Below are positions 20,001-33,640 of a DNA stretch of 33,640 nucleotides, one piece after another. A model generated the notes under the pieces. The model saw only the letters and a list, made by a program, of their open reading frames with translations, was not told where the DNA came from and did no database searches. Within the stretch, counting starts at the first letter, position 1; every line of letters begins with the position of its first letter. Made by a program: the position numbers and the translations under genes. The DNA is from Catajapyx aquilonaris (Eukaryota). Location: NCBI GenBank assembly GCA_000934665.2, contig JYFJ02004251.1:1-33640 (forward strand), written 5' to 3'.

Positions 20001-21961
20001 TACAGTAGGTATCTAACATTGTTTTGTACAGGTTCTTCTACTGACAGGAAAAGATAGAGCAAAATGTAGCTGTCATTTCCTATGCAAAATAATGCCGGAA
20101 ATTTATCTGACGCAAGCTGTACATTCCCATCAATGTGACATCTGTTCTCTATGTATAGTTTCAGTTATTTACCAACCAGCACACTTTGCATCTGCACATA
20201 CCACTGTTCGGCCTGCTGTACTCCGAAGGTCACCTACCATATGCCCAATTCTATAATAAATTCGCAACAGGCCATTGTGAGTTAGTGACCTGGTAGCATA
20301 TTTTGGTACATAAGTGCAAATAAATTCCCAGGCCATCGAATTGGCTCCTGACCTCGCTCATGCCGGAATTAATAAACACCCAGTGTTGATGACCCAAGCC
20401 AACTACATACGACGCGGAAATACGAGCAGGGTGAAGAATGTCGCCAGTAATAATTCNCCCCCCCCGAACACTCCAACAAACTGCGCAGTATTACAACTCT
20501 ATAGTCCTGGGGGATCTCCTGTAAAATTGCGTCGCACAAAATATTGGCCAGCCCAAGGCTTAACATGCGAAAGTTCATTTGCTTCTTGGAGAAGGCAAGG
20601 TCATGGGTAGGCCTTTTTTTATACTTCAGAACATATAGGATATTATTTTTGTTTAACCACTTCCTCGTAGGCCGGTTTTAAGCGGAGAAACAATGTCACT
20701 TCCTTTTTACGACCATGTTGTCAACTGGAGCGGTTATGACAAACATATTTGCATGCTTCGTTGGTGGTGTTGGTCGTATGAAACATAAAAGGACGCGGAA
20801 GAGGCGCGTGCTGACGACAATTGCTCTATTGTTGGGAAATGTATTTATATCAATATTGCTATTGTTGTGCAGTACCTCTGCGATGAGCATATAATCAAAA
20901 TTAATCGCAACTATAATTGGTCACATCTGGATATTCTGCCTGTCAATTGAGCTGATAATAAATAAATTTGTTAGTTATTTATTTACAGTATTATCACCGT
21001 GATCTGTTTTAATTCAGATTTTATTTGACTATTTTGCAAACTTAAGTGTGAATTAATTTTCAAATGGTTTACGATTTTAAAATATTAATGCGTTTGATTA
21101 ATTTCCATTAAATATTTGACAGTGAAAGGGAAAGAATCCATAGAAAACCCACGCTAATACGGAGAGATACGAGATGAACATAATAATATTGAACTCGACC
21201 TGACTGCCAGTGAGGATTAAAATTAAAATTATAAAAATTGCTTAATCCCGCATGTTCCAAGCATAGATTTATTCCCACGCGTTCCTTACATTCTTTTTCG
21301 TAATCTTGAATTGATTACTGGCTGTAACACACGGAATCCACACAAATATAACCTTGATTTCGTAACATTGAACCGGGAAGCGTAATACATCGGTAATAAC
21401 TAGCCGAGGCATATAATTTTTCTGGAACTACCAGAAACCCATCTTACCTCGTAAACAAGCCTGACTTTATAGTACTTCATTCCCTCTATTAATAGTCGCT
21501 AATGACCTTCACCAAGGAAAAGGCACGATAACAGCATGACGTTAATGCTCACCCGAAGATGCCCCCGAAGATTCTTTTCTTCTTCGTTTCTCACATACAC
21601 TTTTGGCAACTGAATTGTACTGGAGCAAGGTTGCACATAACTGAAGATGTGGAGCTTACGACCCACGACCCATATTTTTTTCTCCTTAACCTACATGCTA
21701 AAAATATGTAAAAACAATTATTGCAAGTACTTAACCTCGTTTTGAGCCGAGTCTTTTTTAAGCCAATATTATGGTTTTCATAATTGCTTTTTGCCTTATT
21801 GATACGATTTTTTAGTTAATATTGGGGTTAACTTCATGGCTGACTAACCCTGTACAGTTGTTGTTGTAAAATGCATGATTGCATGTGAAGGTATTTCGTG
21901 ACATTGAATATACATTTCCCCTAACGTGTAAACAACGACACTTTTAGAAAGCCGACTTCCG

Positions 21962-21969
21962 TATCGATA
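21962..21969. promoter_or_regulatory. DRE palindrome TATCGATA (DREF-type core promoter motif)
   Basis: Exact match to the insect housekeeping-promoter element. A single 8-mer can occur by chance. Confidence 0.3.
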
Positions 21970-24900
21970 ACCGTTATCAAAGTCAATAGGTTATTGAACT
22001 CAATATTTGGAACCAAGCCTAATTCAATAGGCGGCGTCCCTTTAAAAAAATTTTGAACCATGTTTTATTTGACCGATAACACATTTTGAGCTGATTCTAT
22101 CCTTCTCAATCAATATATACTTATCCACGACAGGCTATTCTTCAACCCCATTTTTTTTTACCAACCCCCAAATATTTCCGGCCAAATACTGACCAACCCC
22201 AAGCTTTCACCTTCCAAACTTGGCATCCATGCATCATTTGTCGGTCATGGACTTCTATCGAACCAGCACTAGGCTTTTTGGTCGATATTAAACTCCCCAA
22301 GCTAGCTCTCTCTGTAAGCTAACTGCGTAGGATGAGTTGAACAAACAGATGGAACATCTTAGCCAAAATAATACGATGCGAATTTTTGTTACATCCTGTC
22401 ACGTGTGTCTCGAATGTGCGACACGCGAGTGGTACATACTTACCGTACTTCATGGAAGTCAGACGTGCATGTACTCACACGTCTGCATTCCACACATGTT
22501 CAGACCCATAGAAATATTTGGGATAAGCATTGTTTTGTCGTTCGTCGAAAGACAAGACCTGACACAGCTGTACGGATGATATATCGTGGAATTTTTGAGG
22601 TAGACACATTTTAAACCACCATCCGAAGCACATTTTGAGGTCAAAGTGACATTGAATTAATTGCGACTATTCAGTTGTAATATCCATCACTATGGATCTC
22701 CTGCCAGCTTCCATTTGTTCCGCAAACCCGGATGACAAATTCAGCGTAAGCTTCGTCCTTGAAAGGTCGTCGATGCAAAAAAACGGATGGTCAACATGCC
22801 CCAGATTCTACTTCCTAATTGATTAAAATTTCTGTCCAAAATTATTAAAGACATGCAAATTCATATCGTGGCATTTAAAATATATGCAACAAAATTGCTG
22901 AAAAAGAGTGCCATCTATATTAATATCTTGACTTATTATCACATATGCAATAATATCTATTGCTGGCTTTTGCAGACCAGGTCAGTGAGAAGCCAATAGC
23001 TACGTCGAACAAGGGGGTGTGGATCAAAAGTCATAACGTCACCATTGGAAGTCAATCAAAAAGTCATTTAGATTACTTGGAAAAATATTGCAAACATCTT
23101 TGCATAACTCAGATCATAAAGTACGCGAGAATATTTTTGCACATTTCTGATAATTGTAGAATGCTAGGAAATATCTTGAGCTTATCCTATGAGGTAAGTA
23201 ACCTTTGCGTCTCAATTGATTAACGCATTGCTGCCCTTTAAGGGGCTAGTTATTTTTCAATGAACGATCCGCATACTGGATAAGTGACTCTATCTACGAA
23301 CTGAATAGGAGGGGGGGGGGGGCGGGGAAATTGCATAAACTTTCTTACCCAGTGGCCCCTCTTTACATACCCACCCACCTGAGACATTGCTCAAGGTCAA
23401 CAATGCAATGGGTAGATATGGTGCATGCTTATTTCATTGTCAAGGTCAAATCTTTGATGTCTCATGCAGTATTTATGCAGGGTTACGGTGCAAAAATAGG
23501 CCTACTATTGTTGCATAGTAGGTCCATAAGTTGATTACTTGGCTTGCCTCCCTGTAATGAGCAGTAATTAAATTGAATAAGCGCCCTTTGTAGGTTCCCT
23601 CACCAGAGAGCCTATTAAAAAATGTGCCTCTACAACTTTGTCTCTTGAAGCACAGTAACGCGAAGTAATTAGAATAGTATCAAAAGGGATTTTCCACTCC
23701 TGCAAATTCCATCTTACAGATGTGCATACGTGCCTCTCGAGTTACGTCATACCCATTAAGAAATCCATACAAAGTACGGTCCTACAGTAACATCACATAA
23801 GAACAGGTAATCAACTTAGCCCTTATGCAATAATATGTAGGCCAAATATTGCATTACAATGTTCAAAGAACACGAATTTTATGCTTTTTAAAGAAGTAAT
23901 TGAATTATTATATTACATAGGCTACAATCAATATTGCAAATTACGACATTCAAAAATACGAATTTTATTTAATAAATAAAATAAAATAATTTCATAAATT
24001 AATTTAACTATGTTCAAAGAATCTGAATTTTTCTGCTTCTTTATTAGAAGTAATTACATTATAAGCAATAGGGGCAATACGCAAATAAACAACGAAACAA
24101 GTACCGGTATGTAAATAAACAAACAACTAAATTTAAATCAATTGATTAATTGAAAGTCATTATAACTAACTGTAAGAATATAATGAAAATTATTATCCGC
24201 CTTTTAAAAACATATTTTATAAATGGATGTCCAACATTCAGCGCATTTCATAATCTCGAGAGATATTACCATAATGTAGGCTAATGATAAGACCGCATGA
24301 CAACTGCTCATCATAACTGACGGTCAACTTATCACACTCTGCACCTGCCCCAAACACATCAATCCGCCTCTTTTATCACCCTCCGATAAAGCCCGTTATA
24401 AATACAACAAANNNCCCCCCCCCCCCCCCAAGTCATTGCGCTCTGGATAAGATTAAAACCGTTCATCTTTCAGGAAAACCCTATTTACCACTTTCAAAAA
24501 AAAAAAAACTGGAACTCCCTAGATGGCGCAGGCATCGTTCTTCACTCAACAATAAATAACAATTGCGGCAGGTCAGCTCCAACAATTTTTTTAAATACTA
24601 TTATTCCGTTGGCATCTGGCAAAAGTCCTTCGGTTTAACTACAATTTACCAACAACAAAAAACCTGTCCTCTAAAAACCTTGAGAGGCCAGCAGCCATTG
24701 GCCACTCCTCCCCTTCCCCATCTCCTAGCATTGGGTTGTGCCCACCAGGCCTACAACACCAACTCCTATTGGACCACAATATTACACCCCCCTGTAAATT
24801 TCTCTCACTTAAAAAAAAAAATACAAGGGGTATCAAAAATACTGTACAAATTTTTTTAAAAAACCACCCTGTAGTTTCAAATGGTGCTGTTCATGTACAG

Positions 24901-25469
24901 TGTGGGTAGTAAAGGTGGTAACCAGAGTTTTGTTTGTGCTGAATCGATTCTGCAACCAGCGGCACATAGCGAGCTTTTGCACAAGGATTTTCTCCCCCAC
25001 ACTACCCCCCCCCTGACTGCCCCCCTGACTACACCCCCTTTACCACTGTAGTAACACAAACCCCCTCCCCCCTCTCTCTAGACGTATCCGAGTGCGGGCT
25101 TGGACTGGGTGGTATTTTTCCGGGTTCCGGTACTTGTCTACCCAAGTTTTCATCCGGAGACAACATCCAAGAAAAAAAAGAAGGGGTGTGACCTTATCGA
25201 GCACAGGACAACTAGCGACACAGCGAGGTACGGTAAATATACATACGTACTACATACGTGTAATCCGCAAAAAAAAAATATTACGCGATTTTTTGGTACC
25301 AACCTGCCGGATGTATTTTTTTTGGACAATTAAATTAATGGCGGCATATTTAGGTTGGTAGTACTGATGGAAGTTTCCAGAATTTTTGTGGGGCTGTTTA
25401 TCAAGGATATCCAGCACATTGCTCTGAGGTGGGGGGAAGGGGAGGGGGGAAGGGGGAGGGACAACGCCC

Positions 25470-25965
25470 GAAGGAGTACCGTGTCCTATTTTTTGCAAAA
25501 TTTAAAAAATATATTTTTTAAAAATTGGGTTGACACCTGATTACTTATTAAGAGTACTGATTACAATATTGTGAGTGCTGAAGGAGTACCGTGTCATTTT
25601 TTTCCTTCAAATTTTACATGATATTTAAAAAATTGGTGTGATACCTGATGACCTATTATGAGTAATGATTACGAATTACTGAAGGAGTACTGTACCATAT
25701 TTTTGCAACATTTAAAAGACATTTTTAAAAATTGGCTGGACGCCTCATTACTATATATGAGTACAGATTACTTAATAAGAATGCTGATGATGAATTATGA
25801 ATGCTGATTACAAAATATTATTATGAGTACCGATTGCTGAAGGAGTACCGTGTCATATATGTTTTAACATTTTACAAGATATTTAAAAAATTGGTTGAAC
25901 ACACATTACTTAATGTGAGTATTGATTACTTATTTTAAGTAGTGATTACTCAATATGATTACATG
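25470..25965. repeat. Degenerate tandem repeat, 4 copies of ~100-160 bp
   Basis: Units begin GAAGGAGTAC(C/T)GT at 25470, 25580, 25681 and 25839. Each contains AAAAATTGG and a variable number of GATTAC/ATGAGTA sub-repeats. Confidence 0.85.
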
Positions 25966-28900
25966 TTACTTGTGATCCACGCAATTATTTTCCAAAATAA
26001 GAAACATCTTATGCAAGTGTGTTGAAAAATTGCTTATTAATTTAGAACACTTATTATTTTATTCATAATCTTACATGCACTTTGACATATGAAGCAATAC
26101 TCAAGTTTGCAATGTATGACAGCCATATCAGCAGTTTGACTCCCCAAAATCAATACTGGGCTTGAGAGTATTAGCAGCTAACAGTTAATATTTAATATTA
26201 TTTTTCTGCTTTCAACACTTAGGGCACGTTTATGTTTAAAAAAAATATGCCTACACAAAATGGCGGAAGATCAGCAAATGGCGGCCGTTTGTCAATGTCT
26301 CCTACATTATTTTTTTGAGTTGTGAGGGGGTGATGACAGGGACCTTGATGACAACACTCACGCTTCCATTTGGTTTAATAACCTGCTGGAAAAGGGTCTG
26401 GCATATAGTCACAATCTCTCCATCGATCCTGGTCGACTCCGGGTCCCCCCCGGGGGAGGGGGGGGGGAGGCTGAAATAACCCGGAAAAGAGGAACCATAT
26501 TCAACAGGCCTTGAATCATTACCAAGTCTGTTGTCAACACAAATATTTTTTTGGGGGAAATTGACAATATGAATTTTAAAAAATATGATACAGTATATTG
26601 CAATAATTGCAATATACTGTATCATATTTTTTTTAATTGCATAATTATTATGCAATACAAACCAGTCAAAATTTGATGGTGCAATCTGGCCATTAACCGA
26701 TGGTTACCTCAACATGTTTACATTCCGATTTGCCGACCTTTGCAAATTTTTTACATGCAACTTGAACATATTGATGCAAAGATACATGCCAAGCTCTTTT
26801 TACTATTAGTTTTGGATCGATGCCCTACTATCTACCCAAACATGTTTCCTGATATGGTATCGATTCACAAACAAACTTAACCCTCCAAGTAAAACTTGGT
26901 TTGTAGGCGGAAATATACAGAGTTTTGCCCCCCTCAGTTCGATGGATCAATGTTTGGAATGAGGGGAACTCAGGCCACATTTTGGGAGCCATGTTTCGTG
27001 TATACTCAAAATGTCAATACTAGACGATATGCGTGAGGAATTGTTCTACCCATATTTTTTATATATATCAAGTGTTGGCAAGCACATGAACCGTACGAGC
27101 GAGAGGCGAATCAGGCTACAAGGCACGAAGAAGGTTGGCTCTTGCATTCCTCTGCAAAGTTCACTGCCCTACTGACGTATTAGTGTTCCACATTAGCCCT
27201 CGTTGGTGCACCAACGATCGGCAAGGACAGTGTAAAATGCCCTGCAAACCCTCTTCTTGGAACCGGATCTTTAAAGCCAGCCGGTGTCTACCTGAGAGAT
27301 ATATACACACATGTCTAATTGCAATGGTAATTGAGTCAATTGGAATGGATTAAGCCATTTAATGCACGGTGTCTAGACGGATTGGAACCGGTCATTAAGT
27401 AGGTTGTAGAGTGAATTCGGACGCGAGCGGGTGATATCACTGTGGGTGTTGATTGGCTGAGGATGAATTCGGATGCGACCGGGGCGACTGCGATTGGCTG
27501 ATTGGATGCGACGTTGCCACTCTTCAGCGGTACAATACGCCTACACATCGAATTTGGGATGGGTAATTTAAATGTTAAATTCAATTTCAAATTAAATTTA
27601 AAAGGCCAGATAAGTGTAGGCAATGTAAAGGATTAAAAATAACTAACCAAATATTGGCATGCATGTTAAATATTTACCCATTTCTGTACAATCTATGTAC
27701 GTAGATAACATACTGTACCCACACAGGCAGTTGTAATTAATTTAAAAATTACAAACCATATTATTTAATTGAATGCGATGTATTTTGATCTTTCGAAAGT
27801 ACGTTATTGCATTGTAAAGCATGCCAATCGATATTTATGTCATACCAATTTCCAATGTACAGTACGCATCTAAATGCCTGCTGTAATGTGAATACAATTT
27901 TTTACAGCAGTCATAATGACAAAGCATTTTATAAGAGATGCGAAAAAACTTGCATCATCCTGCAATATTGTTAAGATCACAAGGTGTTTACATCATCATT
28001 TATTGCCCAACATTATGGGGATTTTCCCCTTGTGGCATTTAAAGAAACCGTTTTTATTACATGGTGTCGCAATATACAAAGTTTTAAGAAGCTGTTATCT
28101 GGTTTTCTATTTAATGTTCACATGCCTTATTACTCATCCGGAGTAACATAAAATCATAAAAGGTACATACTGTATAACTGCATACATCCCAAGTGCAACC
28201 TGCATACATTTTGTTCGGAATTTTTAATATAACATTGTTAATCATTAAAACCGCAGCTGGTTTTCCACAGATAAGCCATGGGGCGTTTTAAAATCGTGTC
28301 GTAGTAATCTTATCGGTTGGGAAGAGGTTATTTCCAGTCTTTGCCTATGATTAGAACTGGGTTTCGTGCATTGGAAGTGTAAAAACCTTAAAATTCGCCA
28401 ACCTTGACAACTCCAATGGTACCACCCCGAGTTAAAATACGATTATTTTAAAATGGTGGAATTTTGACACGTCAACTTGCATGCAAAATGGTTGTTCCCA
28501 AATTAATCGAACTATGACGTCACAATCATGCGTAAGGTTCAGAACAACACGTGCCATTTTTCCGTGGGGACAGTTTGAATTGATTTATACCACTGCTGCA
28601 TTAACGAGAAAATTAACGAGGGGTAAGGACACTTGCAGAAAACTCAAGGCTACAAAATTGACAAAACCTTGACCCTTATCTATACATTTTACAGGGTTAT
28701 GCCCTATCACTGGGTAACTAAATAAAGTAAACAAATATTAATAAATTTTGCAGCCACACCAGCTCGTTTCTACATATACAAAAGGCAACGTAGGTTTGTC
28801 GATTTTAAACTCATTTTATACCCATTTCATACCCATAATCATGAAAATATGCTAAGAACTGGTTCTCGCCTAATTTTTTAAATAAAAAATAAATAGAATG

Positions 28901-31900
28901 GATTTCTTTTAGAGGGTTTTTGGGGGTTCCCAAGGCATTGAACCCCCTCCAGCTTTGACATGTTCTAAAAATGGTGAGACCCTAGACCGACTGCCAGAAA
29001 TGGAGAGCAGCCACGTAATAGTTTTAAGGTGACTCGGTTCTTGCCATACAAAAAGGAAACTCGACACTATTCGTGACGTAACAATCTGTATTTATAGCCA
29101 GAGATATTCTTTCAGATCATTATGGCGTAACAATGCATAGATCGGGAGTTGGTGTAATTAGATTGCGAATTGGGTCGAGATGTATCGACCCCTAGAAAAA
29201 AAAAGTCAATGGCCTCCTTTTTGCATGGGTCAGAGGTGGATCGAACATCCTTAGCGTAACGCTAGTATTGCGTATACTTGATGGGGTAATATCCAGGTTT
29301 ATGTAAGTAATGGGCGGATTACATGTACGACAAATTTTTTTACTGATAGGCGCCTATTATTGCGTAATATGATTGATTGCCTGCCAAATTTTAATTGTGA
29401 ATCATATATGGGTAAAAATCCCATATGTGAAGTTCCACGTGGAATGGTGTGATAAGAGGTTATTTTTGTATTTTTGGCTTTTGTCCACCCCTCGGGCCCA
29501 GCAGCCTGGTAAAACCTTTCTGTCTGCCTCCAGAGTCTGTTGCCAAAGCAGCGTGGTAAAATCCAATTGAGTCTATATCTATTCAGCTTACTAATAATTG
29601 TCTTTTATCTATCCACAGATCAAGCAGTTGGAAATCAACCCAGGCCACCGTCAGGGGTGGCAGCATAAAGACATAATCGTGGGGGAAGCATAATCGATGC
29701 TAACCTTACGTTTAGTGTCAACTCACTTCTTGAAACAGCCGTAGGCTGATACGACAACTCGACCGACAATGTGCCGTGATCGTGATATGACTCCTTAAAC
29801 TGGAACTTCTTTTTTTCTTCCTCCCCCTCCCCTTACACACCCCTACATAAGTGTCAAAAAAAAAATTCCAACCAACCTAGCTGCCATATTTGTTACCCAT
29901 GTATTTTGTACCATCGATGAACACCACACGCACTTTTGACATGTGCATTTTGTCTCTGAAGTAAATTAGTTCGGGACTTTGTTACCGTCGAGGGAAGAAA
30001 AAGTTAGCAACAGTTTTTTTAAAAAAGAAGGACAGTTTTGTACCAGCAACAAGATTTTGAGGAAGGTGTAGATGAAGCAGCTAGTGACGGAAGGTGAAGG
30101 ACTGTAGAAGAAAGAAACACTGGTGAGTACTCACATTTTTTGGTGATTTTTAATAAAGTGGAATATGGTCATATTTGCCTAAAAACTCTTTGAAATTGTT
30201 CAGAAACTACGCAAAATTTTCCATAACCAAAGAACGATATGACGTCACGTTCAGGCCGCCTCCACCTGGCTCTGCAAGCATCTGCGCATGCTCAGAAAAC
30301 AGCCGGTGTGACGTCATGTCGTTCTTTAGTTTAACGGTGGCTATTTTGTGCTGTTGCCAACAGGCCTTAATTTTGAGTCAATTGAAAGGTTTCCATCTGA
30401 AAAAATAGTTAAATGCAATTTCATCAGAGAAAAATTGACCACTCTTAGAGACAGTGCCCGTTTCATCGTTTTGACCTCGATAGTACTGTACTTTGTGCAG
30501 TTATATTTCATGATCTAGAACCAATGCAGTGGAAGCCGGTTTTCCGCACTACCCTCATGGGTGTTGATTGTCGGCTATATTTACGTGTGGGAAATCAAGG
30601 ACCACATCCCACGAAGATTTTAAATATCAACACCTCGCCTGACCTTATCTACACATGTGAAAGGGTATACAGCCTTTCGTGTTTACATTCTGAGTGTTAG
30701 CCTAATGAAAACATTCGATTCCGTGTGCTTTACAATTTCGTTTTTGCTGACACATGAATCGCCTTTAACTTTATAATAATAATATAGTTAAGTGCATGAT
30801 ATGCAGGACATTTCCCTATAAAAGGGATAGTGATGAAAGCGAAAGTAGTGGATAAATAACTAAAGCGCTCAAAGGGGACTTATAGTTGCAATATCACATT
30901 AAATACGATGCAGCAAATAAAATAAATAAAAAGGGCTCGTAGCCATGATTTTATGGCAACAAGCACTCTTGTTGCCCCCATAAAAAAAACTCCCGAGTAA
31001 AAACACCATTACAGTAAGAAAGTATCTTTTTTCCGCGATTTAACGTGGGCGTCATTGACTAAGGGAGTCACGCCAAGAGCACCACATTTAATAATATAAG
31101 ACGTCATAACTTTTGCATCCAGGTACCTCATCCGACGCTATTTATAAAAACCAGTTTTTATTTTTACACCCGCTTTGATAAAAAACAAAGTGCTGGAAGG
31201 TTCTAGTCGCAGTTAACTAATCGTTCAAACAATAGGATTGAGTACAATTGTGTTTCAGACAGCCTGTGGCAATCGCTGTCACAACTTTGTTCCAAACTGT
31301 CACTTTGGAAAACTACTTTTTAAGATGTTTACCAAGCGATTTTGTAAAGTTGTCTGGAGCAGGATTTGGCTGAAGACTCCGGACATTTTCCATTGTCGGT
31401 TGAGGAAACGAGGGTCGGTTTCTTTTTCCTCATTCAGAGCAGAGCCAAGTCCTCGGAAGGAATTTGTCCTCCAAGTCTTTCCGAAAACTCTATAATGCAC
31501 CCTTCATCGACTTACCATAAGGACGATCGTTATCCGGAACAATTTTTTTTTCTTCCGCATGCTCCTAGTGTAATGAGCCAAAACATCTGACGCAATGCTT
31601 TTCAAGTGTCCATTTCCACATTGCCCTTTAAAAAAAGACATTGATGAATTACTAGGCATGTATAACGAGGTCTTCCAGACTTCTTAGGGAGCTGAATGGA
31701 AATTCCTAGAATTACAAAAAAAAGCAGTGGCCTCGTGATGAGGACAATGGTGTTATTGACGTCTTGTTGTTTCGGACGTCATTATGACATTTTTGTGTAA
31801 ATTGCGCTTTAGGCGTGAATGAAATTCCATATGGTTCAGTACTGACAAGTGAGTGATACGAAGGTGATATCTGGGAACAATGGGCGTTGACAGGAACAAT

Positions 31901-33640
31901 AAAAATGCAGTGTGTCGGTGATGTCACCACTCATCTTTAATGTGAATGCCTGCCACATCTTCCATATTTGGTCTGAATTTATTTTCCCACTTATGGCACT
32001 GTGTGTAATGTATAGTTTATTCTTATATTAAATCAACAAAAAATATAAAAATCGGCATACTTGTTCGCATAATCACACGACGCTATATTAGAGTAACCTA
32101 ATATTATCTGGATGTGCCAGTTCCCACGAGACTTCATACTGACTTATATTCTTCCGGGTATATGACACTGAGAGGTGTCACCTTCCCGTCGCGACCTGCT
32201 TCTTGAAAAATTCTATGTACATTACGCCATAAAACGGCTGCGACATCACGTGAGGTGTCTCATGTTGTCATACAGTATTGAGTCATTCACAAGCGTATAG
32301 CATAACCGAGCAAGAAAAAAAATATTACAACCCACGCCCTCGGTGAGGCGAAGACTTTTGAGGGTCAATTTTAACACTTCTGCGTCGTAGTTGCTCGTAA
32401 AAAAAAGTGAGATCATCCGACATGCTAAGTACAGATAATATGAGGAAAAGACATTTATCTGCAAATTGCTTAATGCGTCATGTGAGCAATTTTTATTGGA
32501 GCGTTCTTAACAGGGGCAAACTCCTTGATAAATATGTAATACGGAGCATTTTTACTATTTACATGCCATAAACCGTCCATATATCATCTATAAATTTTAT
32601 GTACAAAAGTTACACCCATGAGTCATCCTTGTAACCCACATGTAAATACCCCATAAATGTTATGCATTTTTCATAACCCGCTACGTAATTCATAAATTAT
32701 GTAAAACCAGCCGTATTCATAAATTTCCCAATAAAAATAATAAATCCGTAATCAGATAATACAATGACGTACTTGTGATCATTAATTGCCATTTTCGCCC
32801 ATTGTTACTCCATTTATTGCAATTACAAACGAATTTTAACACACGGTACCATTCGTATTGAGGTACCGGCGGCGAATTTAATGTCCGGCCTGTTAAAGTT
32901 CTGACCCGCTTCAATACGAAATTAAAAATTCATTGCATACCACCTTATCGCAAAGTACTTATATTATTTGCTATACCCAGCCAGTCTAATTGCTGTTCGA
33001 CCACACATTTTCCCAGAAGCACACTTAATGTGTGTCGATAGTACGTGACAGACTTCACGTTTTCTGTCCTATTACCCTTTACCGAGCTGGAGTCACGCTA
33101 TTGCATGTGCACCTCGTATATAGGACCGGCGCAAAAGTGTGAACCTGGGCGCATATACCTGGACTTTATCGATTACCGATATCTACGTCGCACGGTCATG
33201 GAAGTTCGTCCGTACGTAGTACCGGCGTTATAGGCGCGCGCAGATGCCAGGCCACATGTGCAGCATAAATGTAGGTGGGTGTTGTCAAACACGAGGTTGT
33301 TGACTGGACCGGTGTTGTGTTCCGAGTGGGAAACATTCCAAGGTCTCTTCAGAGAACCAATAGTAAAAAGAAATATGTAGTGTCTATAGTATCGTAGAAT
33401 CGAGAAAGTGTGTCGTGAGTCATTTGGCGAGTGCTTTGGTGCAGTTTGCCGTGACCTATCCAAGTATGGCGTGTGTTTAAGGCGGATATTCCTGGTTTAT
33501 TGTTGCGAACCTAACCTAGCGCAATACCGGGAGTGATGTCCTATTGTGCTAGGGCAGATTATAGCGAATCAGGTAAACATAATTAATTACCAGTGTTGAT
33601 AATGAATATTCTTTTTCTAATCATCCGATTTATTTATTGG

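Noticed and set aside
24822..24873. Tiny TA-CA..GG / CACCCTG-TA element
   Set aside because: The TIR match is too short and imperfect to call.
29940..30130. Purine-rich, acidic-looking stretch ending in a gtgagt donor
   Set aside because: Interrupted by stops with no identifiable family. At most a decayed transposon fragment.
31238..33463. Short ORFs on both strands as transposase or gene fragments
   Set aside because: No conserved motif I could identify and no consistent exon chain.

Overview
Eukaryotic, arthropod/insect-like genomic window with short GT-AG introns, many decayed repeats and a few N bases in poly-C tracts. Two genes are supported. (1) The last two coding exons of a Golgi carbohydrate sulfotransferase (Sulfotransfer_2/CHST-type) lie on + (1268-2018). 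(2) The 5' half of MICU1, the mitochondrial calcium uniporter gatekeeper, lies on -, rebuilt from phase-consistent exons at 16003-15759, 11932-11773, [8815-8653 or 8040-7878], 6348-6311 and 4735-4621. I found no EF-hand exons in the window, so the sulfotransferase exons appear to sit antisense inside a MICU1 intron. The most interesting signal is a splicing cluster in MICU1. It has two tandem 163-nt mutually exclusive exons encoding the MCU-contacting region (Arg vs Thr at the human R154-equivalent), a truncated third copy with an intact acceptor leading to a stop, and a 12-nt candidate micro-exon at the junction used by the vertebrate MICU1.1 micro-exon. The introns hold a decayed LTR element, a hAT MITE, a mariner remnant inserted into a tandem repeat, and a Tigger4-like element. 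The region 17-33.6 kb is mostly non-coding and repeat-derived, with only weak exon-like candidates. All homology calls come from recalled sequences, not database searches.
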